DNA of 64,000 nt, taken from the sequence record OQ992562.1; one strand, 5' to 3'. Numbering within the stretch: the stretch's first letter is position 1; each line of letters opens with the position of its first letter. A program made the position numbers and the translations under genes. Positions 54,296-64,000 of the stretch are shown piece after piece. The notes beneath the pieces were generated by a model. That model did not search any database. It was not told where the DNA came from and saw only the letters and a list, made by a program, of their open reading frames with translations.

Positions 54296-55297
54296 ATGAT
54301 CATCAATGCAACCATCACTCGCGCAATGTTGAGTGCTCAAACTACAGAATCATCGCTTCTGTTTATTCTGACACACCTACATGGCAGTCCAGATGCTACT
54401 TCGTCGGATATGAACGACACCAAGCGCATTCTCGCCTCTAATGATCCTCTAAGTACCCTGTGGCAATGTGGTTGCCATTTGGTCGTATCGGAAGACGAAC
54501 GCTGGTTCATTTCTCCATTCGGTGATACTGTACGCCTGGCATACCAGCACAAAGTACGTGGTAGCTGGATTACTTTCGGCATAGACCTGTTCGATCCGGA
54601 AGAATCCGAATCGGTACTATTGGCTATCCGTAGGCGGCTCCGCACCGGTTTCCCAGCAGATGAACTTGAAGTTAACTGTGGTATCAAAGGTTACCTCGAA
54701 GAAAGTTACGAGGTCAACGGGACCGGTTTGTGGAGCGTAGGTCGGATCATTCTGGCTCTGCATCCCACCAGTCCTTTCCGTTTTGCTACTCTGGAACGTT
54801 TGTACGAGATTGCTAAGTTCCATAAGAACTACGCTGACATCGTGGATAATGTCGGGATCAATCATGATCGTAATTACCTGAATAACATCGTTGATGGAAA
54901 ATGGGTGGTCGAAGAGAAAGATGCTCAAGCTGTATTGAACAGCTACTTCACTTCGATGCTGAAGTTATTCTTCGACCGTGGTTTCTACTATCAGGACACT
55001 ATCGATGGCGGTAGGATCGATGTTCGTAGCAATGAAGGATCGTACTACCTCATTGGTGGTAATGCCACTGTAAATACCATCAATATCACTTACCTCAGTG
55101 CTAACAAAATAGAGATTCGTGATGGAGAATGGGAGTTTGCTTGGGACTGCAACAATACCGAATACTTCCCCATTGAAAATCCGGTAGATGCTCTGCTTGG
55201 TTTCCACAAGCGTGTAGACCAGGAACATATCTACATGGCTTCTGGTCTGGGTACTAGCCTGGAAGACATCCACAAGGTTCAACATATTCTAAAATAA
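54296..55297 (+). CDS. hypothetical protein
   Basis: 333 aa, AAGGA RBS. Confidence 0.85.
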   Translation: MIINATITRAMLSAQTTESSLLFILTHLHGSPDATSSDMNDTKRILASNDPLSTLWQCGCHLVVSEDERWFISPFGDTVRLAYQHKVRGSWITFGIDLFDPEESESVLLAIRRRLRTGFPADELEVNCGIKGYLEESYEVNGTGLWSVGRIILALHPTSPFRFATLERLYEIAKFHKNYADIVDNVGINHDRNYLNNIVDGKWVVEEKDAQAVLNSYFTSMLKLFFDRGFYYQDTIDGGRIDVRSNEGSYYLIGGNATVNTINITYLSANKIEIRDGEWEFAWDCNNTEYFPIENPVDALLGFHKRVDQEHIYMASGLGTSLEDIHKVQHILK

Positions 55298-55309
55298 GGA
55301 AAATTAATT

Positions 55310-55789
55310 ATGTCGTATAGCTTAGGTATTGTCACTCGCAATAAGTCGGCACTGATTGTCACCAATGATTACAAATATGATGAGTTCGTTCTACTAAAAC
55401 CGACCAGTGGTCTCAAGGTAGAAGGTCAGTTGGTGCAATTGGTCTGTATCTGTTTCGGTGACAAGGAAAAGCGTTCTCTGACTCACAAGATCATGACCAA
55501 TGCTGAACAAGCAGATTACACCAAGGAAGACATCCTGGCTATGATGAAGGAACACGGTGTAGAACTGCGAGTGATCACTGATAAGGCAGTTCATGTATTT
55601 CAGTACATTCGTGATGTGGCTATCCATGGTGTGGTTGATTCCAATAACACCACCTTCTGGTTCGGCGACACGGAACACCGAAAATTGTTTTATCCGTATT
55701 GCGGTATTGAAGGTAAATCTTTTCATCATGCCCATCGTGATAAAGAATTGTGTCGGGTATTTGAGTTTGTCGCTGTAATCAATTGGTAA
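55310..55789 (+). CDS. hypothetical protein
   Basis: 159 aa, AAGGA RBS; UUCG terminator 55798-55819 follows. Confidence 0.8.
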   Translation: MSYSLGIVTRNKSALIVTNDYKYDEFVLLKPTSGLKVEGQLVQLVCICFGDKEKRSLTHKIMTNAEQADYTKEDILAMMKEHGVELRVITDKAVHVFQYIRDVAIHGVVDSNNTTFWFGDTEHRKLFYPYCGIEGKSFHHAHRDKELCRVFEFVAVINW

Positions 55790-55845
55790 CGATATAAATA
55801 CCCTCCTTCGGGAGGGTATTTATTTTGTGATTAGAGGAATAAAAA

Positions 55846-55989
55846 ATGGTAGGTTATCGTATTATTGCTTTTAATGGTACTCAGTGGGAATCTCCGAGTG
55901 GGTACACCATTCAGCAAGCGGTGAATGAGTTCCTAAAGAAATATGATTTACATGAATTAGATATTCGCAGTATTACCGCATTACACTAA
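55846..55989 (+). CDS. 47 aa microprotein
   Basis: Read manually: MVGYRIIAFNGTQWESPSGYTIQQAVNEFLKKYDLHELDIRSITALH; GAGGA RBS. Confidence 0.6.
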   Translation: MVGYRIIAFNGTQWESPSGYTIQQAVNEFLKKYDLHELDIRSITALH

Positions 55990-56017
55990 ATCCAATTTTA
56001 AATAGGAATACGTATTA

Positions 56018-56410
56018 ATGAATTATAATGCAGAGAAATATGCCGCACTGCTAGTTTCAATTGCAGCAAACATTGACACTGTAAATAAACTCACCAAAGA
56101 AATTTTATCGTCTTCTGATAATAGGGATTTTCTCTATGATGTGCATCAAATGACTGACATGTCCCTCGCCAGTCTTCATACGCATCTAACTAAAGAAGTC
56201 GAAAAGTTGGTAGAAACAATGGATCTAGTTAAAGATGGTCTATATGTCCAGGATGTTGAACTCATTAAGGGTAAGGGAAACTGGCGACATATCGCGGATA
56301 ATGAACCTACCATCAACGCTATTAAAGCACTGCGTAAACACATTGGCGAAATCAGTGCATTAGAAGCTAGAACTGTTGTTAAAGGTTACAAGGCAGGTGT
56401 CTTAAAATAA
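56018..56410 (+). CDS. hypothetical protein; C-terminus resembles a ribosomal L7/L12 CTD-like motif
   Basis: TINAIKALRKHIGEISALEARTVV (compare IxAIKxxRxxtgxgLkEAKxxV). Confidence 0.6.
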   Translation: MNYNAEKYAALLVSIAANIDTVNKLTKEILSSSDNRDFLYDVHQMTDMSLASLHTHLTKEVEKLVETMDLVKDGLYVQDVELIKGKGNWRHIADNEPTINAIKALRKHIGEISALEARTVVKGYKAGVLK

Positions 56411-56472
56411 CATCGAATAGTATTAAGTCTATCTTCTAGGAGGTATACTTAATAAATCATGAGGAAAATATA

Positions 56473-56802
56473 ATGTCCAATATGAAAAAATCTAGTTTGA
56501 AAGAATTCTTCGAACATATCACTCAGGCTGATCCATTTAATCCTTATTCCTTCATCTACTCCAGACCTATACAATACATTGGTGAAGATAGCGAGTACGC
56601 ACTACATGTTACGTATGTGCATGGTGCAGCTTACATTGAAGGTCTTGTTGGCCATGAAGGAATCAGAATCAATGTATTCTACAATAAACTCCAAGGTATT
56701 CAACTTTGGACATACTTTGATAACGAACCTCGTGTTGATTCATGGCCGTATTATCAAGTTGATGCAGCTTTAGAAGAAATCATCCGCCTAACTAAACTAT
56801 AA
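56473..56802 (+). CDS. hypothetical protein
   Basis: 109 aa, GAGGA RBS. Confidence 0.75.
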   Translation: MSNMKKSSLKEFFEHITQADPFNPYSFIYSRPIQYIGEDSEYALHVTYVHGAAYIEGLVGHEGIRINVFYNKLQGIQLWTYFDNEPRVDSWPYYQVDAALEEIIRLTKL

Positions 56803-56822
56803 ACTCTATTTATAAAAAATAG

Positions 56823-57041
56823 GTGAAGAAAATGATCTATCTGGGATGGTTTACCATTATCTTTGTTACAATGAGTCTATGTCTGTTTTATGTATTTTGT
56901 CACCGTAGTATTCGTGAATCACACCCAGGTGTAATAGAAAAACAGACTACTCGAAAAATTGTTATTTGGGCTGGTATTCTATTGGCACTCGCTTACTTAA
57001 ATGAAATCAGCCGAGTCTATATAGAGCAGATGGTAACCTAA
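56823..57041 (+). CDS. small 2-TM membrane protein, copy 1
   Basis: MIYLGWFTIIFV...LAYLNEISRV; paralog of 59520. Confidence 0.75.
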   Translation: MKKMIYLGWFTIIFVTMSLCLFYVFCHRSIRESHPGVIEKQTTRKIVIWAGILLALAYLNEISRVYIEQMVT

Positions 57042-57098
57042 ATATTCAATAACTCCGAAATAATCAAAACTATTTAATATATCAAAAGGAATATTTCA

Positions 57099-57386
57099 AT
57101 GTTCGAAACCCAAGTCGCTCTTACTGATGAACTCAAACAGACTTTTGATCAGATGACTCAAGAATTCATCCGTGAAAAAGGTTACATCACTTGTGAATTC
57201 TCGATTCAACAAAAATACCTCGTGGCAGCGCACGACTACGTTTATGTGAAAAACCGCGAGCTGCCTTCGTATGGAATGTGGCGTATCTTCAAATGCGAGG
57301 CATGTATCAGCCATAATGTGGATCATCCTTATCATGTCGAAATCGTGGCACTGGCGGCCATCGATACGAAGGAACACAATATCTAA
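57099..57386 (+). CDS. hypothetical protein
   Basis: 95 aa, AAGGA RBS. Confidence 0.75.
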   Translation: MFETQVALTDELKQTFDQMTQEFIREKGYITCEFSIQQKYLVAAHDYVYVKNRELPSYGMWRIFKCEACISHNVDHPYHVEIVALAAIDTKEHNI

Positions 57387-57436
57387 CAACTGGAAGATAT
57401 TCATAATGTCCAACATACTAAATGTGAGCCCACCGT

Positions 57437-57742
57437 GTGGGAACAAGAGAAGTGATTAACATTAATCATGATCTACCTATCTGGATATTACTACTGTTAA
57501 GTACAGCTACATCATTCATCTATGCCTTTGTAAAAACCTTTCAACAAAGAAACATCTTTCATGGGTACAAAAAAGCTGCTTTCTTCACCTCATGGGGTAT
57601 CAGTACCCTTGAGTTGACCACCATTGGACTATTTGTAATAGTGGGTCTTCCTGCTATCATATCCAGCGGTCTAGGTGGTTCGATAGGCGTCGTGTTGGCA
57701 ATGACGTTCCATGATAAGATTTTTCGTAAAACAACAGAATAG
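57437..57742 (+). CDS. small multi-TM membrane protein (SMR/DUF5698-like)
   Basis: FQQRNI...AAFFTS...GLGGSIGVVLAM; three hydrophobic helices. Confidence 0.65.
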   Translation: MGTREVININHDLPIWILLLLSTATSFIYAFVKTFQQRNIFHGYKKAAFFTSWGISTLELTTIGLFVIVGLPAIISSGLGGSIGVVLAMTFHDKIFRKTTE

Positions 57743-57753
57743 GAAAAAACATA

Positions 57754-58092
57754 ATGTCTAGGAAACTTGGAAAGAAACATCCTCGCAATCATCACGAAGA
57801 TGCAAAGAAATACGAAACTCGGCTACGTACCGAGAAAGCTGAGTTGGCTAACTGCCGGCTTGGTCAACTGTACTCGGTTCGAATCCTGAATGATAACTGC
57901 TTCTTGCGTAATCGATTCATGTGTCAGGAACAAGATATGTTCGATCCTCTTCGCTTGACCCGTGCTAAACGAGAACGTTATTTCAAAGGGGAGCGTTACT
58001 GGCTAAATGCCGCCGGCGCTAAGTTCATCCGTTCCGATTATGAAAAGAACTGGGCCAAAAACAAACGTAAGGAGATGGCCAATGAGCAGTAG
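57754..58092 (+). CDS. basic hypothetical protein
   Basis: 112 aa, Arg/Lys rich, AGGA RBS. Confidence 0.75.
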   Translation: MSRKLGKKHPRNHHEDAKKYETRLRTEKAELANCRLGQLYSVRILNDNCFLRNRFMCQEQDMFDPLRLTRAKRERYFKGERYWLNAAGAKFIRSDYEKNWAKNKRKEMANEQ

Positions 58093-58222
58093 TTATAATC
58101 CACCGGTGGACACCGTTGATGTCCTCCATATCGACTGCGAGTATGAAAAGTTCTCGTTTGGCAAGTTGTTCCAACGAATGATCGATCATTTCGGTGTTCG
58201 AAACTCAAGGCGTTCTTACTGA
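58082..58222 (+). CDS. short ORF, possibly fragment of a disrupted gene
   Basis: MSSSYNPPVD... after AAGGAG; TGA overlaps next ATG. Confidence 0.45.
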   Translation: MSSSYNPPVDTVDVLHIDCEYEKFSFGKLFQRMIDHFGVRNSRRSY

Positions 58223-58479
58223 TGAACTCTGACAAGCTACGAGGGATACTGACTGACCTCGGTATACTCCCACCTCGCTTTGTTGAGAGCACCGATATCC
58301 GTGTCGGCAACTTCCGATTTCAGCGCTGGAAAACCCAGGTCCTCAAACCTGCTGCTCCTGGTTATCGGAAGTGGATTGACGTGGGTAGGTTAGAATGGGT
58401 GGAGGTTAAATACCACCTCAACAAATTACTTAAAGAGAATAATCTCAATATCCAAGAAGAAAGTAATCGGTCTGGATAA
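58222..58479 (+). CDS. hypothetical protein (possibly frameshifted)
   Basis: 85 aa; an alternate frame stays open to 58565. Confidence 0.5.
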   Translation: MNSDKLRGILTDLGILPPRFVESTDIRVGNFRFQRWKTQVLKPAAPGYRKWIDVGRLEWVEVKYHLNKLLKENNLNIQEESNRSG

Positions 58480-58625
58480 CCTCCGGAAGCTCCTGTCAGA
58501 TCAACTCAACCCGCCACGTCAGTTAACAGACGCTGTACGCGAGAAAAATCTTCACAGCAAGTAACGATATAAGGCCCCTCCCTTCGGGTAGGGGTTGTCT
58601 ATTCATTTCTTAACAGGAAATTCTA

Positions 58626-58961
58626 ATGGAAGACTTCAAAGAAATCGAGATTTACAGTATGACGTTCATCGACCATTCGGAAAATGCTTCTCGTGTAGTG
58701 ATTGCACAGATCACTACTCTGGATGATCGTACTGTTTACGGGGTAATGGAGGTCAATGGTTTCGGCGGTCAGGCCACTACTAATCTGCGTCGGTTCGAAC
58801 AGAACCGTCAACACGCTCGTTACTTCTTCACCAAGTCGGTAGCCACTGCTCACGCCGAGGCTTACGTCAAGTACCTGAATGACGACATGGTCGAACAAGA
58901 CTACCTCGATATGAATACCGGCTACAACTACACCGAATTTATGAACATGGTAAATATCTGA
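58626..58961 (+). CDS. hypothetical protein
   Basis: 111 aa, AGGA RBS. Confidence 0.75.
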   Translation: MEDFKEIEIYSMTFIDHSENASRVVIAQITTLDDRTVYGVMEVNGFGGQATTNLRRFEQNRQHARYFFTKSVATAHAEAYVKYLNDDMVEQDYLDMNTGYNYTEFMNMVNI

Positions 58962-58968
58962 GGTCATC

Positions 58969-59523
58969 ATGGACAAAAAATTGAAGGAATTCCAAGCAGT
59001 GACCCCTGGTGTTGATCGTTTCGTTTACTGTGAGAAGACTGACACCTGGCTTCCGAAGGCTACTCATCCTCTGGATTGTCACCGTAATAAAAACGCGATA
59101 ACAGCATTCGATAAAGCCAACGAAGAAATTCAAGAACGTTGGTTCTACTGGTGCATTGCATGGGAGAAAGCTTCTGTTCGCCCTACAATGGAAACCGAAC
59201 TCTGGAAGAACCCGTTCATCTCTGTTGAAGAACGACTGGAGATTGCAGAAGGCGCCATCGCGTTCCGTAACGAGGTCATCAGAAATCTCCAGGGGCGTTT
59301 AGTTTCGCCAACGATTGCCGAGTTCAAACTTAACGACGAAATGGTGGAAGCTATCTTGGATAGCAGTTACACTGTAAAAGATTTCGATCGGAACTCGGAA
59401 ACGGGCGAAGTAGAGCTTCAGTATCAGATTTCCAATAACTTCCACAATCGCGAGTTGGCACGTGATACTGTTCACCGTATCATCAATGCCCTCAAACAAC
59501 TTACCCCGGTGCAACAGCAATGA
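58969..59523 (+). CDS. hypothetical protein
   Basis: 184 aa, GAGG RBS. Confidence 0.8.
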   Translation: MDKKLKEFQAVTPGVDRFVYCEKTDTWLPKATHPLDCHRNKNAITAFDKANEEIQERWFYWCIAWEKASVRPTMETELWKNPFISVEERLEIAEGAIAFRNEVIRNLQGRLVSPTIAEFKLNDEMVEAILDSSYTVKDFDRNSETGEVELQYQISNNFHNRELARDTVHRIINALKQLTPVQQQ

Positions 59524-59729
59524 TCTACCTTGGTTGGTTCACCATCATCTTCGTGGCGATGGGTCTTGGTTTATTCGGTGCTTTCTGTCATCGAATAGTT
59601 AATTCCACTAATCCTGGATTGGAAGAGAAGCGTACTACACTGAATATCGCTATCTGGACAGGTATTCTTCTAGTGCTCGCTTATCTCAATGAAATCAGTC
59701 GAGTCTTTATTGTAGGAGTAGTTACATGA
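59520..59729 (+). CDS. small 2-TM membrane protein, copy 2
   Basis: MIYLGWFTIIFV...LAYLNEISRV; paralog of 56823. Confidence 0.75.
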   Translation: MIYLGWFTIIFVAMGLGLFGAFCHRIVNSTNPGLEEKRTTLNIAIWTGILLVLAYLNEISRVFIVGVVT

Positions 59730-59968
59730 CATTACAAGAGCTGCGTGAACTTCTTTATAAAGAAGCTGGTATGGAATCAATCCATGCTAAAATTAAGCAA
59801 CGGGCGCTCGGTGGTGATTCAGAGGTAAACTTCGATTACAGCAACGAGAACACGCCAGTTGAAGGGAAGATGAATAATCGTCAAGCGGAAATCCTCCGTA
59901 AAGACGGTTACATTGTTGAATACAATAGTGCCTGTCTCTGGTACGAAGTAAAAGGATGGGATGAATAA
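59726..59968 (+). CDS. hypothetical protein
   Basis: 80 aa, AGGAG RBS. Confidence 0.75.
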   Translation: MTLQELRELLYKEAGMESIHAKIKQRALGGDSEVNFDYSNENTPVEGKMNNRQAEILRKDGYIVEYNSACLWYEVKGWDE

Positions 59969-60234
59969 TGGGACTCCGTTACATGGGTTATTCCGTTAAA
60001 GCAACTGTGACTGACCGTGAAGGCGAGTCGCATATCTTTGACGGCTTTGCCAAGCCTGGCGAGGGTAATTCGGTTTATCCCGGAGCTAATGGTGAAGGTG
60101 ATAAGCGTCTTGCAGCTCGCCGCGCACTGGAAGCCTTCATGGATAGTCCAGTCTTCGAGGAACTAACATCGGATATGTACGATACGTTCGATGTTCGTTT
60201 CAATTCTCTTGTGCACACTGGAATGCCGGAGTAA
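59968..60234 (+). CDS. hypothetical protein
   Basis: 88 aa, TAATG coupling. Confidence 0.75.
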   Translation: MGLRYMGYSVKATVTDREGESHIFDGFAKPGEGNSVYPGANGEGDKRLAARRALEAFMDSPVFEELTSDMYDTFDVRFNSLVHTGMPE

Positions 60235-60239
60235 TAAAA

Positions 60240-60677
60240 ATGTCGATGTATACCAAAGACAACGCTGAACTTTACACCCACAAAGAAGATGGTGGTATTT
60301 ACTACTACCATGGCTTGGCTCATGGTACCGGTGATCAACGTGGAGAACTGCTGCACATCTACAGTGATTACTTCACTGACATGATGTACTACCGTAACCA
60401 CACCTGGTCTACTCGGATGGAACGCGTTTCTGCTCCAGGGCTTCGTCTGAGTCGTTCCTTGCATCCACGTCTATGGATCACCACTCTGATCGGTTTGATG
60501 ATCATTATCATTACTCAGGTTGTTTTCGGCACCGAGTTCAATGCAATCACTCTCCAAGAGATTGTCGGTACAGCCGTCGCTGGTGTACTGGCACTGGGTC
60601 TTCCGAGTTTCATCCTGCACCAACTGTACAAGTGGAAGTACAAGAAACCTGTTAAACAGAAGTCCGAAGCGGCATAA
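60240..60677 (+). CDS. protein with two C-terminal TM helices
   Basis: WITTLIGLMIIIITQVVFG and IVGTAVAGVLALGLPSFIL. Confidence 0.75.
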   Translation: MSMYTKDNAELYTHKEDGGIYYYHGLAHGTGDQRGELLHIYSDYFTDMMYYRNHTWSTRMERVSAPGLRLSRSLHPRLWITTLIGLMIIIITQVVFGTEFNAITLQEIVGTAVAGVLALGLPSFILHQLYKWKYKKPVKQKSEAA

Positions 60678-60930
60678 AAGGAAATCCCCATTGGCCGCTA
60701 AACCAATGGGGTTCCAAACAGTGCATTCGCGACTACACTGTCAGCAGGTGTCGTCCAAGAGAACTGCGGATTAGCTACTTACCCCTCGTGGGCATTTTCA
60801 CTAGCAGTATTATAACAACACCGTACGTTCTGAAAAGATTAGCCCTCCTGTGCAACCAGGAGGGCTATATGTCGTCAAGTTTAAGCTTGACTTTTTGCCC
60901 AAATGGGCCCACTTGCAGAGGAGACTCCTA

Positions 60931-61197
60931 ATGAAAGTCTTTGAAACAAGTTCCAGACCAGATCCCCACCACGGGTACTTGACTGGTCTAGAGGTAACAG
61001 CATTCAATGGTAAGCCGATCGTCTATGGGCGAAATGAGCAAATCAAAGTTGCTGTATACGATGGTAAGATGTTCCTTGGTTACATTGGCAATGGTCAGCT
61101 TGTAAACAAGCTTTCCGATGCTAAATGGATTGACGGATCGTCTAACTATCATATTAATTCTAACTCCAGTAATCTTTTGTTCGCTAGAGTTGCTTAA
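60931..61197 (+). CDS. hypothetical protein
   Basis: Start moved to ATG 60931 after GAGGAG. Confidence 0.65.
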   Translation: MKVFETSSRPDPHHGYLTGLEVTAFNGKPIVYGRNEQIKVAVYDGKMFLGYIGNGQLVNKLSDAKWIDGSSNYHINSNSSNLLFARVA

Positions 61198-61204
61198 CTT
61201 CAAA

Positions 61205-61229
61205 TACCCTCTTCATTGCGAAGAGGGTA
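61205..61229. terminator. stem-loop at convergent junction
   Basis: taccctcttc-attgc-gaagagggta between + block and terL. Confidence 0.75.
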
Positions 61230-61251
61230 ACGTATTATTATTTTTTTTTGT

Positions 61252-63405
61252 TTAATACCAACTATTTCTAGAATATCTGTTAATACGCACTCTACGTGTA
61301 CGCTCTGCACGAGCTTGATTTAACATGGCATCAATACCTACACCACTGCTATCATCAATATTAACACGTTTAGACAATTGTTTCAAACGCATTTCTAATT
61401 TAGCTGCAATCATCGGGTTCTTTTCACCGCGAAGCTGCTCAATTATCTCTTCAAATTCTTTGCGACCTTGCTGTTCTTTCTCTTCATGATATTTTTCAAG
61501 TTGACTTGGTTCTTTATCACGTAATTTTGATTTACCTAAGATGGGAACATTGATACCATAATAAGATAAATTCTTACCTTGTATTAATAACCAATGAGCT
61601 AATAATAATGATACCACTAAGTCGTCATGGTTCCCCTTAGCATGGTCAATTCTACCATTACGGATAGTAAGTGCTAATAACTCCGTGCTAAGTGGTTTAT
61701 CATAGATGGTCCTTACCCCATAATGCATTGCTGATGGTAATGCCACCTTAAATAGATTATCACGAGAATACTCACCAGTACCTGACGTCGCATAGCCAAA
61801 ATAACGTTTAAACCTATCATAGAACGATGGTTGTCTTGCTGATAGCGGAGTTTGAATGTCTCTGAAATCATTTTCTCTTTCTGATGATTCATTGACAATT
61901 CTGTTAAAGATACGCCGGAATGGATCTACTCCTTTAGTATGTAGAATCAAGATAACATGGTCAATTAACGATATACCTATTGATTTACGTTCTGGTATCC
62001 AAAGAATATTAGGATATCTCAATAGCATTGTTGCAAAGAAATTACCCATTGATGGCACTGATGATTCATTGTATCTACCAACACACATAACCTCATGTGT
62101 TTCTACGTCAACTACAACTGTGCCGGTGGCGTCATTATCTTCACCAAGAAGTTCAGATGGGTCGGTACCCATAACGAACCTACCTTTCATCATCCGTGAG
62201 GCTACTTCTTCTTTTGGTATATACCAACGAAGTGTGTAACCATCATCCGTGATTTCTGTCCAGCTTGGCTCACGCATATTGTTTTTAAGTTTATCTTTCT
62301 CATCTGATGATAAGGGTGAACCTTCACCACCAACTGTCCAAATATTGAAGAAGTCCCTATCGGCAATTTCACCAAATGAACCTGATTCACGAAGTGTGTT
62401 ATATAACCACCCATCGGTACGTCCTAATTGACGGTGGTTAAATGCACCATAAACTAGAGGTTTCTTTCCAGTAGTGCCTTTTTCTACAACACGATGTAGA
62501 GTTTTCTGATCTGGTAGATCAAAGAATTCCTCTGACCATGGGCAGCCACCTGTTAAGAAGTGATATGCAAATTCACCATCACGGGTAGTGATGTTACCAG
62601 CTGTAGTTGTATAGATGTTACCATAAGGCTGGTTCTCACGGCGAGCTTCATCACGAGCTGCTGAACCTGACGCAAGTGCAACAGGTAGTGAAACACCAAT
62701 TAAGTTAATATAGGCAAGTTCGTCAAAGTGCATATTTGGTACAGTAAGACCACGACCTAATTTATCAGCTGCGTTAACATCATTTCGACCAACAGCTGTT
62801 AAATACCTATTACCTAATCTAATACATGTCATCAATTCGGAGTTATCCGCATCTAATGGATCGGTATAGTGGATATACTCTGGTAACAAATCACGCATTA
62901 CTTTTAGACGCTCGATGTTAGCATTGCGTAGTTTGTTATCTTTAGTAATAAGGTTAATCTTAGTGTTCTCGCCCCAGATATACATCATGCCTGTATTGAG
63001 CACGTCAGTTGATACGGACTTACCTGTCTGACGAGGCTGTAATAAACCAAAATCTACGTGATTGAAATAACACCAGAATAAAGCAATATTACCACGGTTA
63101 GCTTGGAATGGAATTGGGTTATTACCCGAGTTAGGGGGGATTCTTGCCACTTCCCTAAAAAAATACCAAGGATTATATTTGCATTCCATGTTAATACGGA
63201 ACTTCATTTCTTCGCTAAGATTAGGGTCATATGGATCCACCCCAATTAAACCTTGGTCCAATATAGCTAGTATAAATTTGTAATTTTTAATACCCATCTT
63301 TTTATAAGTTAAAGCTAACTTTATAAAAGATTTATTTTTAGTAGTAAGATCAACACTAGCGCTGTAGTATTTATCCCAATCACTATTGAAAAGTATAACG
63401 TCCAT
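61252..63405 (-). CDS. terL: terminase large subunit (phiKZ gp25-type)
   Basis: NPWYFFREV, QPRQTGKS (Walker A), MHFDE (Walker B), TTTAG, GTDPS and HDDLV (RNase H acids). Confidence 0.92.
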   Translation of the reverse strand: MDVILFNSDWDKYYSASVDLTTKNKSFIKLALTYKKMGIKNYKFILAILDQGLIGVDPYDPNLSEEMKFRINMECKYNPWYFFREVARIPPNSGNNPIPFQANRGNIALFWCYFNHVDFGLLQPRQTGKSVSTDVLNTGMMYIWGENTKINLITKDNKLRNANIERLKVMRDLLPEYIHYTDPLDADNSELMTCIRLGNRYLTAVGRNDVNAADKLGRGLTVPNMHFDELAYINLIGVSLPVALASGSAARDEARRENQPYGNIYTTTAGNITTRDGEFAYHFLTGGCPWSEEFFDLPDQKTLHRVVEKGTTGKKPLVYGAFNHRQLGRTDGWLYNTLRESGSFGEIADRDFFNIWTVGGEGSPLSSDEKDKLKNNMREPSWTEITDDGYTLRWYIPKEEVASRMMKGRFVMGTDPSELLGEDNDATGTVVVDVETHEVMCVGRYNESSVPSMGNFFATMLLRYPNILWIPERKSIGISLIDHVILILHTKGVDPFRRIFNRIVNESSERENDFRDIQTPLSARQPSFYDRFKRYFGYATSGTGEYSRDNLFKVALPSAMHYGVRTIYDKPLSTELLALTIRNGRIDHAKGNHDDLVVSLLLAHWLLIQGKNLSYYGINVPILGKSKLRDKEPSQLEKYHEEKEQQGRKEFEEIIEQLRGEKNPMIAAKLEMRLKQLSKRVNIDDSSGVGIDAMLNQARAERTRRVRINRYSRNSWY

Positions 63406-63512
63406 ACACTGCCCTTTAAGGTACTTATTTTAATGTGCCATAATAAAGCCGTATTGAACGGCAATTGTAAAGTATAGTCTCATATGGATAATGTGTTAAA
63501 AGACGTTATAAA

Positions 63513-63537
63513 GCCCCCTAGGTGATTCCTAGGGGGC
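63513..63537 (-). terminator. stem-loop after the last gene
   Basis: gccccctagg-tgatt-cctagggggc. Confidence 0.7.
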
Positions 63538-63544
63538 AGTATAT

Positions 63545-64000
<456 letters not shown>

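Overview
AT-rich segment of a phiKZ-like (Phikzvirus-type) Pseudomonas jumbo phage genome. The assignment rests on my recognition of the sequence (phiKZ-type terminase, gp303-like head protein, nrdB/nrdA, DHFR, TATATTAC promoters, tRNA set), not on a database search. Layout: (i) 1-32.6 kb, a + strand accessory region of about 70 mostly small genes punctuated by UUCG stem-loops and TATATTAC early promoters. It includes a Pol-beta (RlaP/YcgL-like) nucleotidyltransferase, an HD (p)ppGpp-hydrolase-like protein, a Zn deaminase, two adjacent ADP-ribosyltransferase-fold proteins, a BCS1-like AAA ATPase and an Ntn/HslV-like protease. (ii) 32.6-46.6 kb, a - strand block with 7 tRNA genes (Asn duplicated), a Kelch protein, the gp303-like head protein, a glycine-zipper protein, nrdB and nrdA. 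(iii) 46.9-61.2 kb, a + strand block with DHFR and GC-richer genes. (iv) The terminase large subunit and a partial gene on the - strand. Best leads: a tandem array of five exported two-cysteine paralogs (6.7-9.6 kb); unannotated structured RNAs between TATG(TA) late-promoter motifs and terminators, one with anti-Shine-Dalgarno-like C-rich loops (40.4-40.5 kb); a KTSC-like module bracketed by head-protease sites inside the gp303-like protein; a 2.1 kb cassette flanked by identical tRNA-Asn genes; and a CAU tRNA that looks like tRNA-Ile2 rather than Met. All functional calls come from motif reading by eye.
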